IMG/VR virus record: IMGVR_UViG_3300028392_000057
DNA from: an uncultured virus (IMG/VR IMGVR_UViG_3300028392_000057)
Lineage: Duplodnaviria; Heunggongvirae; Uroviricota; Caudoviricetes
Length of the DNA stretch: 64,000 nucleotides
Reading direction: 5' to 3' (one strand)
Both the position numbers and the translations under genes were made by a program. Positions 26,404-34,684 of the stretch are shown here, piece after piece. Position 1 is the stretch's first letter. Each line of letters opens with the position of its first letter. The notes below the pieces were generated by a model that had not been told where the DNA came from, did not search any database, and saw nothing but the letters and a program-made list of their open reading frames with translations.

Positions 26404-26548
26404 CGTGTATCTCTACACGACATGGTAGGGTTAATACCCTACCCAGTAGTCTTACTAACATGTTGTCTCCATGCTTTCATGTGTACTGTCCGCCCATTCG
26501 ATACATTTAACGCTGTATTCCGGCTCTCGTTGCCTATTCACGCTGTCA
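26401..26548 (-). ncRNA. Structured ncRNA candidate (~150 nt)
   Basis: Hairpins GGTAGGG-TATTAA-CCCTACC, TGTCGTGTA-GAGA-TACACGGCA, CATG-AAAG-CATG. Confidence 0.55.
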
Positions 26549-26716
26549 TCAATCAGTATAAGTTAGTCGGTTGACTTTCTTAACAGCCTCTTGATAGACT
26601 TTAGCACGGTCGATCTTATTTTGTATCAACTGTGCTACTTGCTCCTTCGTCAGAACATGATTGCTAAACCAATCACGCTTTGTTTCAGTAGTTTTGTATT
26701 GTATCTCTTTATCCAT
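26549..26716 (-). CDS. Small protein, 55 aa (MDKEIQYKTTETKRDWFSNHVLTKEQVAQLIQNKIDRAKVYQEAVKKVNRLTYTD)
   Basis: GAGAGGA RBS; first ORF after the attenuator terminator; absent from the ORF track. Confidence 0.65.
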   Translation of the reverse strand: MDKEIQYKTTETKRDWFSNHVLTKEQVAQLIQNKIDRAKVYQEAVKKVNRLTYTD

Positions 26717-26726
26717 TTATTGTCAA
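26698..26726 (-). promoter_or_regulatory. Sigma70-type promoter overlapping the 55-aa ORF start
   Basis: TTGACA-17 nt-TACAAT. Confidence 0.6.
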
Positions 26727-26736
26727 ATCCTCTCTG

Positions 26737-26777
26737 TAAAAGCAAAAACCCCTGAGATTTCTTAGTTCCCAGGGGTT
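26737..26777 (-). terminator. Intrinsic terminator of the leader (attenuator)
   Basis: ACCCCTGGGA-ACTAAGAAA-TCTCAGGGGT followed by TTTTGCTTTT. Confidence 0.85.
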
Positions 26778-26805
26778 AGATAAAAGTAGTTATGATGTTA
26801 ACTTG

Positions 26806-26943
26806 TTACCTAGTCCCCGGGCTTATCTCTTGGTTATCATTTGAGCCACGAATACTTGATGGATATGCTGGCACAAAGGATGCACTGGCTAACGTTAGCC
26901 ACTGTCCGATATGTTTCAGCATGTTACAAGGTTTATTCATCAT
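26806..26943 (-). CDS. Putative attenuator leader peptide, 45 aa, containing all 20 amino acids
   Basis: MMNKPCNMLKHIGQWLTLASASFVPAYPSSIRGSNDNQEISPGTR*; lies between promoter and terminator; last codons complementary to the terminator 5' arm. Confidence 0.75.
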   Translation of the reverse strand: MMNKPCNMLKHIGQWLTLASASFVPAYPSSIRGSNDNQEISPGTR

Positions 26944-26978
26944 AGTTTTTATTTAGTCCTGTTCTTCAACTAATATGT

Positions 26979-27007
26979 ATTATAGCAGGATTTTAAATTA
27001 TTGTCAA
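26979..27007 (-). promoter_or_regulatory. Consensus sigma70 promoter heading the leader and tRNA array
   Basis: TTGACA-17 nt-TATAAT with extended -10 TG. Confidence 0.9.
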
Positions 27008-27045
27008 CAGTTTTTTGTAGTTGTTTTCCCAAAGTATGTTTTTAA

Positions 27046-27366
27046 TTAAAGAGTTGCAGGATCTACTTCTACGAATCCGTCATGTAAGATAGTTGTGACA
27101 ATATTATGTTCAGCGTTATATGCAGTTCTCCCTGGAGTACTACTTAATGCAGCCATTGCGGTACGATATGTTAAATATTGTTCCTCTGTGTTAAAATACA
27201 ATGCAAACTTTTTGGTATTTACATCTTCTAATGTGTATTTACAATAAGTTACGATACTGTTCAGTGTGTTCCAACGTATGTCTGATTCAACTACGTATTG
27301 GTTAGGCCACCAAATAGCGTCAGCTGGTTTAGTCTGTCGTGTTTCAAATAAATAATATGTAGTCAT
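27046..27366 (-). CDS. Hypothetical protein
   Basis: GAGGA RBS; start trimmed to MTTYYLF. Confidence 0.65.
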   Translation of the reverse strand: MTTYYLFETRQTKPADAIWWPNQYVVESDIRWNTLNSIVTYCKYTLEDVNTKKFALYFNTEEQYLTYRTAMAALSSTPGRTAYNAEHNIVTTILHDGFVEVDPATL

Positions 27367-27436
27367 GTTAGTTGTCCTCAACTGTATTTATCATAAATTT
27401 AATATTTTTGCACAATGTAGTTATATAAATACGGGT

Positions 27437-28138
27437 ATGTTGACTAATACAAGTTTTGTTATTTTTGGATTTCCTAGGTCAGGAACCAAGCTTCTTGCCA
27501 ATATATTAGAACAGCAAGGATATTACAATTTTGGAGAGTTTTTTGATACTTTTGCAAGTTATATTACTGATGACTTAATAGCAAAAAGACTTCCTCCTAA
27601 CAATCAAATAGAAATATTTAATAAAATATATGAAAATTCTTGGGAGGAACTATTTAAACATCGCATTTTATTAGAGGATAGAATATTAAAATTTAAATCA
27701 TATGATAATAAACTTAACTCAACCGTAACCATGCATGGATATCCGATAGAAATGTCAGTTATTTTATTTGATTTATTGAATGATCGACATTTTTTATGTA
27801 CTAGGAGAAAAAACAAACTAGAACAACTTTTAAGTAGAATTCTTACCTATCAATTTAAAAATTATAATGAGGAATTTGACTCACAAAAAATGTCAATTAG
27901 TTTGTCACAATTTGACCGATTTTTCTTTGATTTAAAAAATACAGAGAAAACACAAGATTATCTAATATCAATTGGGCGAGGGACAATAATAGATTTTGAC
28001 CAATTAATTTTAGGACAGATAGAGTTAGGTTTTAATTATAAGGTAACTACTACTGACCAACATAAGGATTTAAAAAGCCTCATTCTTAATTATGATGAAA
28101 TAGCTAATAGATTTGAATATTTAAGTTCTAAATATTAA
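27437..28138 (+). CDS. Sulfotransferase-like (Stf0-type) protein
   Basis: FGFPRSGTKLL PAPS-binding loop, RRKNKLEQLLS; TATAAATA at 27424-27431. Confidence 0.7.
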   Translation: MLTNTSFVIFGFPRSGTKLLANILEQQGYYNFGEFFDTFASYITDDLIAKRLPPNNQIEIFNKIYENSWEELFKHRILLEDRILKFKSYDNKLNSTVTMHGYPIEMSVILFDLLNDRHFLCTRRKNKLEQLLSRILTYQFKNYNEEFDSQKMSISLSQFDRFFFDLKNTEKTQDYLISIGRGTIIDFDQLILGQIELGFNYKVTTTDQHKDLKSLILNYDEIANRFEYLSSKY

Positions 28139-28139
28139 A

Positions 28140-28952
28140 TTATTTTAAGAATGGTAAAAATATTCTGCATGGATCAAATTCCCACCATTTGCCACTAACT
28201 CCAGTACCAAAATCATATGATTTAGGATCATGATGGTGATTATTATGCCAACCCTGTCCCCAAGCTAAGAAACCAAGAATAAAGTTATTTTGAGAGTAAT
28301 CTTTATTATTAAAGTTTCTGTATCCTATAAAGCCTTTACGGTGACCAAATACATTAACAATATTGTCTTGTATTAATGCAAGTGATGATGGTAATAATGA
28401 TAACATTAATGCTAATTTCCAATCTATCAATAATAATATTAAAGGGATTGTCCAATATATAATTCGATAGTGTTTATGGAACCATATATGATTTGGTTTC
28501 CTAAGTTGTTTTACTGCATATTTTAAATTAACTAAATTGGGTCCGTTTGTTTCGGTGAGTTTTAATGACCATCCAATGAATGCATTGAATATACTTTTTG
28601 TAGGGGAATGTAAATCTCTATCGGTATCACTATACGGATGATGATTTCCTATATGAATTGCGGTCCATGTAATACTTGATCCTTGACCACTCATTGCTCC
28701 ACAAAACAATAATATGTTTTCTTTCCAAAGAGGTAATTTAGGATGAGTTTGGTGTGAAAAGATTCGGTGATATCCTACTGCAACACCCAAGCCAGCAAAT
28801 AATATCCAACTAAAAAGAGTAAAGAACAAATAGTAAGTAGGAATGATATTTGCAATTAGTAACCAAACTGCAATAAGTCCAAAAATTAATGTGGGTAAAA
28901 AATCAAACCATACATATTTAGAAATATTTTTAAACATAACATTATTTATCAA
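28140..28952 (-). CDS. Delta-9 acyl-lipid/acyl-CoA fatty acid desaturase
   Basis: His boxes HRIFSH, HIGNHH, GWHNNHH; WWEFDP. Confidence 0.9.
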   Translation of the reverse strand: MINNVMFKNISKYVWFDFLPTLIFGLIAVWLLIANIIPTYYLFFTLFSWILFAGLGVAVGYHRIFSHQTHPKLPLWKENILLFCGAMSGQGSSITWTAIHIGNHHPYSDTDRDLHSPTKSIFNAFIGWSLKLTETNGPNLVNLKYAVKQLRKPNHIWFHKHYRIIYWTIPLILLLIDWKLALMLSLLPSSLALIQDNIVNVFGHRKGFIGYRNFNNKDYSQNNFILGFLAWGQGWHNNHHHDPKSYDFGTGVSGKWWEFDPCRIFLPFLK

Positions 28953-29504
28953 TCAATATATTCCGCCGGCATTAACTAATTTGCCACGAAATTTCGGTTT
29001 TAGGAAAACACATTTTACTACTGTTTCATTTTTATCTAATATTCTATCATATAGAACTTGCCAAACTAAGGTATATTTACATTTTTGATTTTCTCCAACA
29101 ATATACTCATCTGTTATAATATATCTTGATTGAACTTCTCTACTAGCAATGTATTTCCAAATAGTATCTTTATTTTTTATTCTATTAGGTGTTTTGATAT
29201 ACCATTTATAAATGCCAATTTGTTCGTTTACTGATATTAATGTATCAAGCAACTTACTATTTGCTTCTCTATGAAATCCATATACTCTAGTTAAAAACCA
29301 ACTAGCCTCATCAATAGATTCATAATACGCCATTATTGTTAATAATTTGCCAGTATTAGAGAACACCCCATATGAATGAAATGCTTGTAGATCCTTTAAG
29401 TACGTATGACAAAAATCTTCTATATAATACTCATTGGTATCAATAGACTTTAAAAAATTTATAACATCAGAACTATGTTCATTTGTTAATTTAATTATGG
29501 TCAT
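28953..29504 (-). CDS. Hypothetical protein, possible GNAT fold
   Basis: Operon position; beta/alpha pattern only. Confidence 0.45.
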   Translation of the reverse strand: MTIIKLTNEHSSDVINFLKSIDTNEYYIEDFCHTYLKDLQAFHSYGVFSNTGKLLTIMAYYESIDEASWFLTRVYGFHREANSKLLDTLISVNEQIGIYKWYIKTPNRIKNKDTIWKYIASREVQSRYIITDEYIVGENQKCKYTLVWQVLYDRILDKNETVVKCVFLKPKFRGKLVNAGGIY

Positions 29505-30414
29505 TTATTCCTCTTAATATTTTAATAATATTATTATATTCAATCCCATCTAAAGATGGTTCTAATCTAGTAATGTGTGAATTTCCTAATTGTCTATAAA
29601 ATTCATTATTCAATCCCATTAACTTTTCATAACCATGTGTTTTAGTTTTTGGTCTAATATTAGGTATAAGTTTATTTAATATTTTATTTTTGCTACTTAC
29701 TGAACTCAATTTATAATTATACTGAGTGTTAACCAATGTGTTTATATCTGGATCTTCCAGATAATATAGCATTATTTCAGGGGTATAACTAAACCATTCA
29801 TTAACAATAGGGATGTTATATAACTTACTACATCTAATTGCACTACCATCTTCATTTTCACGAAAACAATAATGCCAAAAACTATTTGGATTAAATCCTC
29901 TACGTAACATCAACTCTCCTCCCATTATAGAAGGCATTCCCAAATTAATTATTTCTTGAAATACAATCAAATATGCCAATTGACTACATTGAATTGTGTC
30001 TGCAAATTCTTTTGCTTTCCCACTATATGCAAATTCTTTAACATTTACATCAATTATGTAGAGAGGAACATCTAATTCATTTGCAATTGCAATTGCTTCT
30101 ATTACATCAGCAAGATTTAAATCGTTCTCAAATCTGATAGTAAAACACTTTGGTTTTATTCCAATATCAACAAAATTACGAACTACTATTTCACTATCGG
30201 TTCCGCCACTTAAAAATATACCAAAATCACTATTAAAATTTTTATATACTAAATCAGCAATACGATGTAATTCGGATAAGTAATTACTGGTTCTATAATA
30301 ATCATTGTCAATTGATCCTACAGTTACCTTATAAGAATCAATTGAATTGATCCTGTCTCCAAATAAACGATCACCTATATAGTATTTTAAATGATTATTA
30401 TGTGTAAAATTCAT
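29491..30414 (-). CDS. PP-loop adenine nucleotide alpha-hydrolase (asparagine-synthase-like)
   Basis: IFLSGGTDSE motif; KTHGYE near the C-terminus; paralog of 13929. Confidence 0.7.
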   Translation of the reverse strand: MNFTHNNHLKYYIGDRLFGDRINSIDSYKVTVGSIDNDYYRTSNYLSELHRIADLVYKNFNSDFGIFLSGGTDSEIVVRNFVDIGIKPKCFTIRFENDLNLADVIEAIAIANELDVPLYIIDVNVKEFAYSGKAKEFADTIQCSQLAYLIVFQEIINLGMPSIMGGELMLRRGFNPNSFWHYCFRENEDGSAIRCSKLYNIPIVNEWFSYTPEIMLYYLEDPDINTLVNTQYNYKLSSVSSKNKILNKLIPNIRPKTKTHGYEKLMGLNNEFYRQLGNSHITRLEPSLDGIEYNNIIKILRGINDHN

Positions 30415-30950
30415 CTTTGATATTCCGCTACAAATTGTTCAGTATAGTATATATTCTTTTTTCCCAATGGTTTAAACTTTCTATAGATATCAGGCCAATC
30501 ATTGAATATTGCTGTTCTTTTACCTTCACTAGCCCTTACAAAAAATTGATAGATAGCACTGTTGTATGAATCGGCAGTAATATATAAATGTTTATATGGT
30601 GTAGTGTTCTCTATGATTTTAGGTAAGATATATTCCCCCATATAATAATTAGCTCGATATTTGGGGTTTATATAGGCTCTAGTAAGCGCAAGTGCAATCG
30701 TTTGATCTAAATCATATTCATTCCAACCAGCACTACATAAGAATTCTCCTGCATCTTCTAATACATAATAACATCCTCTATGATATCGACCATTTACATC
30801 ACTCAATATATAGAAAATGTTGGCAGGATCATTACGATAATCTGGATGGTAATTTTTTACAATATTAAGATTGGTTATATTAGAAAAGGATTCCCCTAAT
30901 AACTTCATTACAAAAGTGTTAGAGGAATCATGTAACTGATGCAGTTGCAT
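30411..30950 (-). CDS. GNAT-like acetyltransferase
   Basis: YYVLEDAGEFLCSAGW...LTRAYINPKYR...ITADSYN. Confidence 0.55.
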   Translation of the reverse strand: MQLHQLHDSSNTFVMKLLGESFSNITNLNIVKNYHPDYRNDPANIFYILSDVNGRYHRGCYYVLEDAGEFLCSAGWNEYDLDQTIALALTRAYINPKYRANYYMGEYILPKIIENTTPYKHLYITADSYNSAIYQFFVRASEGKRTAIFNDWPDIYRKFKPLGKKNIYYTEQFVAEYQR

Positions 30951-30956
30951 TAGGTG

Positions 30957-31085
30957 TTAAATAGTTTCGTAATCGACCTTAAAACCACCGCACTCTGGGC
31001 AAGGAAAATCTTCTGGTAAATCATCCCATTTACCTTCTGTTTCTTCATCGTGTACATGGCCACAAATTACGCAAATATGATCCAT
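30957..31085 (-). CDS. Rubredoxin (42 aa)
   Basis: MDHICVICGH...WDDLPEDFPCPECG; absent from the ORF track. Confidence 0.9.
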   Translation of the reverse strand: MDHICVICGHVHDEETEGKWDDLPEDFPCPECGGFKVDYETI

Positions 31086-31552
31086 TATCTTGCCTCCACT
31101 TGATTTAATTCATCTAACTTAGCTTGATATGCTTCAGCATGACGTTGTTCAACTTTAGCCAGTGCCGCAAAACGCTTTTCTGCTTTCTTCAATACTTCTT
31201 TGAATTCACTAGCATGGCGCTGTGATTCTTCAATCTGATGCGTTGCTTCATTTGCGGCCTGTAAGTTACCTTCAAATTCAGCAACTTCACGGAAGTGAGG
31301 ATACATCTCCGTAAACTCATATGTTTCACCTTCAATTGCTAACTCTAAACATTTACGTGTATCTGGTTTACCAATGATTAGTTCTAGGTGACCCCATGAA
31401 TGCAACAACTCTTGGTCTGCTGTATGTTCAAAGTGTTTTGCGATATCTTCATATCCTTCTGCACGTGCGATTTTAGCAAAGTAGCGATACTTAGTATGCG
31501 CTTGACTTTCACCAGAATATGCACTGTGTAGGCTATTAATAGTTTCTGACAT
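31085..31552 (-). CDS. Rubrerythrin (ferritin-like domain)
   Basis: GESQAHTKYRYFA, QELLH, AIEGETYE, ESQRH. Confidence 0.9.
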   Translation of the reverse strand: MSETINSLHSAYSGESQAHTKYRYFAKIARAEGYEDIAKHFEHTADQELLHSWGHLELIIGKPDTRKCLELAIEGETYEFTEMYPHFREVAEFEGNLQAANEATHQIEESQRHASEFKEVLKKAEKRFAALAKVEQRHAEAYQAKLDELNQVEAR

Positions 31553-31584
31553 TTTTATTCCTTTATGTGTGTATATCAAAGATG

Positions 31585-31890
31585 TCAATCTTCAATTTGT
31601 TTTATTAAACCATTGCTATGTTTATCTGTAGCTTTTTCAGTATCTTGGTACAATCGTTTCTCTTGTGCTGTTAGTGTATCTTTATGTGTCCTACGTGGAT
31701 TGCCACATAGTGGGCATTGTGGATTGCCACAATCCATAACATGATGTTTTGCTAAACGATGTGGTTCTTTAATTGATTTATCATAAAAACTTACACCATG
31801 TTGTTTAGCAATACGAACTTGTCTTGCAATTGCAACATCATTTTTATGACGGCGGCGGCTGTTTATGTATTTTGCTGTATCATTTGACAT
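31585..31890 (-). CDS. Hypothetical protein with CxxxxCxxC motif
   Basis: DCGNPQCPLCGNPRR. Confidence 0.75.
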   Translation of the reverse strand: MSNDTAKYINSRRRHKNDVAIARQVRIAKQHGVSFYDKSIKEPHRLAKHHVMDCGNPQCPLCGNPRRTHKDTLTAQEKRLYQDTEKATDKHSNGLIKQIED

Positions 31891-32279
31891 TAGTGCCTCT
31901 GTTTATAATCATTTACTGCGGCTTTGATGGCGTCTTCCGCAAGGATTGAGCAATGGATTTTGACTGGGGGGAGTGCAAGTTCTTCTGCGATTTGAGAGTT
32001 TCGGAGTTCGGCAGCTTCATCCAATGTCTTACCTTTGACCCACTCAGTGACAAGACTTGAGCTAGCAATTGCCGACCCGCACCCATACGTTTTAAATTTG
32101 GCATCTGTTATTATCCCTGTTAATTTATCTACTTTTATTTGGAGTTTCATTACATCTCCTAACTAACCACACGCCGGGGCTCCTACCATACCAGTCCCAA
32201 CGTGCGTGTCCTCCTTATCAAAAGTTCCCGCATTGCGGGGGTTATTATAGTGATCCAACACTTTATCTGAATATGCCAT
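31890..32279 (-). CDS. iscU: Fe-S cluster scaffold IscU, interrupted by an in-frame TAG (9-nt insertion)
   Basis: MAYSDKVLDHYNNPRN...GAPACG * L G DVMKLQIKV...GCGSAIASSS...LPPVKIHCS, all in one frame. Confidence 0.9.
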
Positions 32280-32868
32280 TAAAGTTCTCCATTATATTAT
32301 TAACTATTTCTTCAGATTGAAACGTATCCCATTTCTTTCTGTTTTCCTCACCTGTTATAAATCTTAAATTACATAGATGTCCTATAATCATAGGATCAAT
32401 TTTAAGTTCATATCCCTGTTTAAAGGGTATGATGTGATCTACTTGAATATCTGTTTTCTTTTTACCAGTCACTGGCATTAAATTTTGCTTTCTAAGTCTA
32501 TATAGAGACCGGCGAGTTGCCTTCCTACATTCTCTCTTGTATTTAACTAATTCATCATTTATCTGTTTTTTAGGCCTTTGATTGTTTAATTTACCTTCCC
32601 AGTTTGGGTTTGATGAACCGGTCCATTTTTCTTTTTGTGTCAGATTATCTTTCCCCTTATTCCAACCATGACCCTTTTTAAGACCTTCTGTGTTTAGTTT
32701 AGACTTTTGGTCAGGTGTCATTTTTATACCCTTGTTCCAAGGTATATTACCTACACGATTTATCGGATTTTTGCAAGGAGTTGAACAAAACTCTAAAAAT
32801 CTAGGTTTAGTTACAAACTCAATTCCACAATGCGAACAAGATATTAATAAGCCATATTTATTTTTCAT
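32263..32868 (-). CDS. HNH homing endonuclease with NUMOD-type repeats
   Basis: PWNKG repeats, QVDHIIPF...NLRFITGEENRKK; overlaps the iscU start. Confidence 0.85.
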   Translation of the reverse strand: MKNKYGLLISCSHCGIEFVTKPRFLEFCSTPCKNPINRVGNIPWNKGIKMTPDQKSKLNTEGLKKGHGWNKGKDNLTQKEKWTGSSNPNWEGKLNNQRPKKQINDELVKYKRECRKATRRSLYRLRKQNLMPVTGKKKTDIQVDHIIPFKQGYELKIDPMIIGHLCNLRFITGEENRKKWDTFQSEEIVNNIMENFNGIFR

Positions 32869-32906
32869 ATAACTATTTATCTAGGTGCGCCCGTTTGTGA
32901 GGGTTA

Positions 32907-33023
32907 TTAATCCTTTTTGAACATAGTCAATATTTTTGCTTGAATATTCTTTGCAAACTGAGGTTGAGGGAAATTCCAACCAATAAAAGCACCTAGTGCT
33001 AACCAAAATAATGTTTCTAACAT
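32907..33023 (-). CDS. Small membrane protein, 38 aa (MLETLFWLALGAFIGWNFPQP...)
   Basis: AAGGAG RBS; absent from the ORF track. Confidence 0.7.
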   Translation of the reverse strand: MLETLFWLALGAFIGWNFPQPQFAKNIQAKILTMFKKD

Positions 33024-33050
33024 GATATATACTCCTTGTATGTATTGTAT

Positions 33051-33617
33051 TTAGTATGCTTCAAGTTCTTCATCTGCTACTATCCAACCTAATTTCAATA
33101 AATCTTCTCGTATCTCATCAGTTACACAGCTTTCTGGTACAAACTTTTTACCTTGAATATACGATTCTTGTTGTTCTTTAGTAAGAGCACGAAATTCATC
33201 ATCATCTAGTATCTTACTATCTCTGATACCACTACAGTACCAGTCAATGTAATCACCCTTACCTTGCATATCAGCAATGATGCCACCTGCATGTCTCCAA
33301 CTACAACTCCAACGTTTCTCGGTTAATATAGGCCATACATCATTTTTAGTAAAATCATTGTTACACATTGAGGCATACAAGTGTTGTGCATATACTTCAT
33401 CACCTTTAACTTTATCAATAATCCATTGAGTACTGCGTAAATCATACTCCATGTTATCTTTTTGCCATAATGGATCTACAATATTAGCTTCATCTTGTTC
33501 ACGCCAAGTTTTGAACATTTCTAAATATTCAGGAGAAGGTAATTTACCTGCTTCTTCTTGTCGTTTAACATAATTTTCTAATTGAAATGTATTTCTATCT
33601 GGACTACTACTTATCAT
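33051..33617 (-). CDS. Conserved phage hypothetical protein
   Basis: YAQHLYASMCNN...SCSWR...GDYIDWYCSG. Confidence 0.75.
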   Translation of the reverse strand: MISSSPDRNTFQLENYVKRQEEAGKLPSPEYLEMFKTWREQDEANIVDPLWQKDNMEYDLRSTQWIIDKVKGDEVYAQHLYASMCNNDFTKNDVWPILTEKRWSCSWRHAGGIIADMQGKGDYIDWYCSGIRDSKILDDDEFRALTKEQQESYIQGKKFVPESCVTDEIREDLLKLGWIVADEELEAY

Positions 33618-34083
33618 CTTCTACCTCTATCCAAGTGTGATCGCCTAACCATTTAACTTTGCAAATGTATTCATAGTCAACTGGCTTACCAGTAGACCAA
33701 TCATTGGGACCATGAATACTTAATCTAGTGTACTGTTTACGTGTGTCAAATAGTAACCAATATATATTTCCATTTGATAATTGAAAATCATATTTAGCGG
33801 CATGAACCATATCAGTCAAATCAAGTCTATGCTTAATCTGTTCAGCTTGCTTCTGTAATACTTCAACTAGTTCCATGATTCTATCATACTCTTGCTTGGC
33901 ATGCAACCTTGCAACATTGAGCATAATATCTTTATGCTTTTCTACAGGGACTAAATCAAATTTAGGTCCTGAACTTTCAGTAGCATATGGTGTTACATTA
34001 CGATTAAAGAAATGTATTAGTGAACCACTACTAGTTGAATCATAACTACTGACACCGTTTGCTGAATTTGGTTTGTCACTCAT
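33607..34083 (-). CDS. DUF2452-like protein
   Basis: TPYATESSGPKF...VKWLGDHTW. Confidence 0.6.
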   Translation of the reverse strand: MSDKPNSANGVSSYDSTSSGSLIHFFNRNVTPYATESSGPKFDLVPVEKHKDIMLNVARLHAKQEYDRIMELVEVLQKQAEQIKHRLDLTDMVHAAKYDFQLSNGNIYWLLFDTRKQYTRLSIHGPNDWSTGKPVDYEYICKVKWLGDHTWIEVEDDK

Positions 34084-34089
34084 TAGCTA

Positions 34090-34674
34090 TTATATGTTAT
34101 TTTCTGTTTTAGTACTATTATTTTGGGTAGACTTTTTGACTCTACTATAAAATATATGATTGCCAATCTTTGCTACTTGTTTATAAGGCCATAATGGGTC
34201 AACTGTTAAGTTATGAAAGAACAATGCTGATTTGGGTACAACATCACTGTATGCGTCATTAGCCATAATATCATATGCTACTTGTTGGGCTTGTTTATAT
34301 TTTAGACTGTTTATGTTTGGTTCACCTTTACCTTCACAAACCCAACTAAATTGACATTGTTTTACTTTAACAGATTCATCATCTACTATTTTCTCTACAA
34401 CATTTGATTGATATACTACAGCGCAAGGTGTTTTAGCAAAGCCATGATTTACTCTATTAAGTACCACTCTGGCTACTGCGGCTTGACCCATTATACTTTC
34501 ATTGCCTGCTTCATAAAATATATTCTTAGCCATACATGCTAATTGTTTTGGATCTATGACTTTAGCTACTACTTCTGGTTCTTCTACTACTCTAGTATCC
34601 ACAAACTCATATGTCATACAAGTAATCACAATCATGGTAAAGGCGGCTATAGGTTTAATAAAATTTAAATTCAT
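34090..34674 (-). CDS. SleB-like cell wall hydrolase
   Basis: CMAKNIFYEAGNE...AVARVVLNRV...CQFSW...IGNHIFY. Confidence 0.9.
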   Translation of the reverse strand: MNLNFIKPIAAFTMIVITCMTYEFVDTRVVEEPEVVAKVIDPKQLACMAKNIFYEAGNESIMGQAAVARVVLNRVNHGFAKTPCAVVYQSNVVEKIVDDESVKVKQCQFSWVCEGKGEPNINSLKYKQAQQVAYDIMANDAYSDVVPKSALFFHNLTVDPLWPYKQVAKIGNHIFYSRVKKSTQNNSTKTENNI

Positions 34675-34684
34675 AGTTGATACT

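Noticed and set aside
17201..26574. ORF-track calls overlapping tRNAs or ncRNAs (e.g. 17519-17947, 18931-19203, 19841-20035, 20485-20769, 26374-26574)
   Set aside because: They run through or antisense to clear RNA genes and lack RBS or protein-like motifs.
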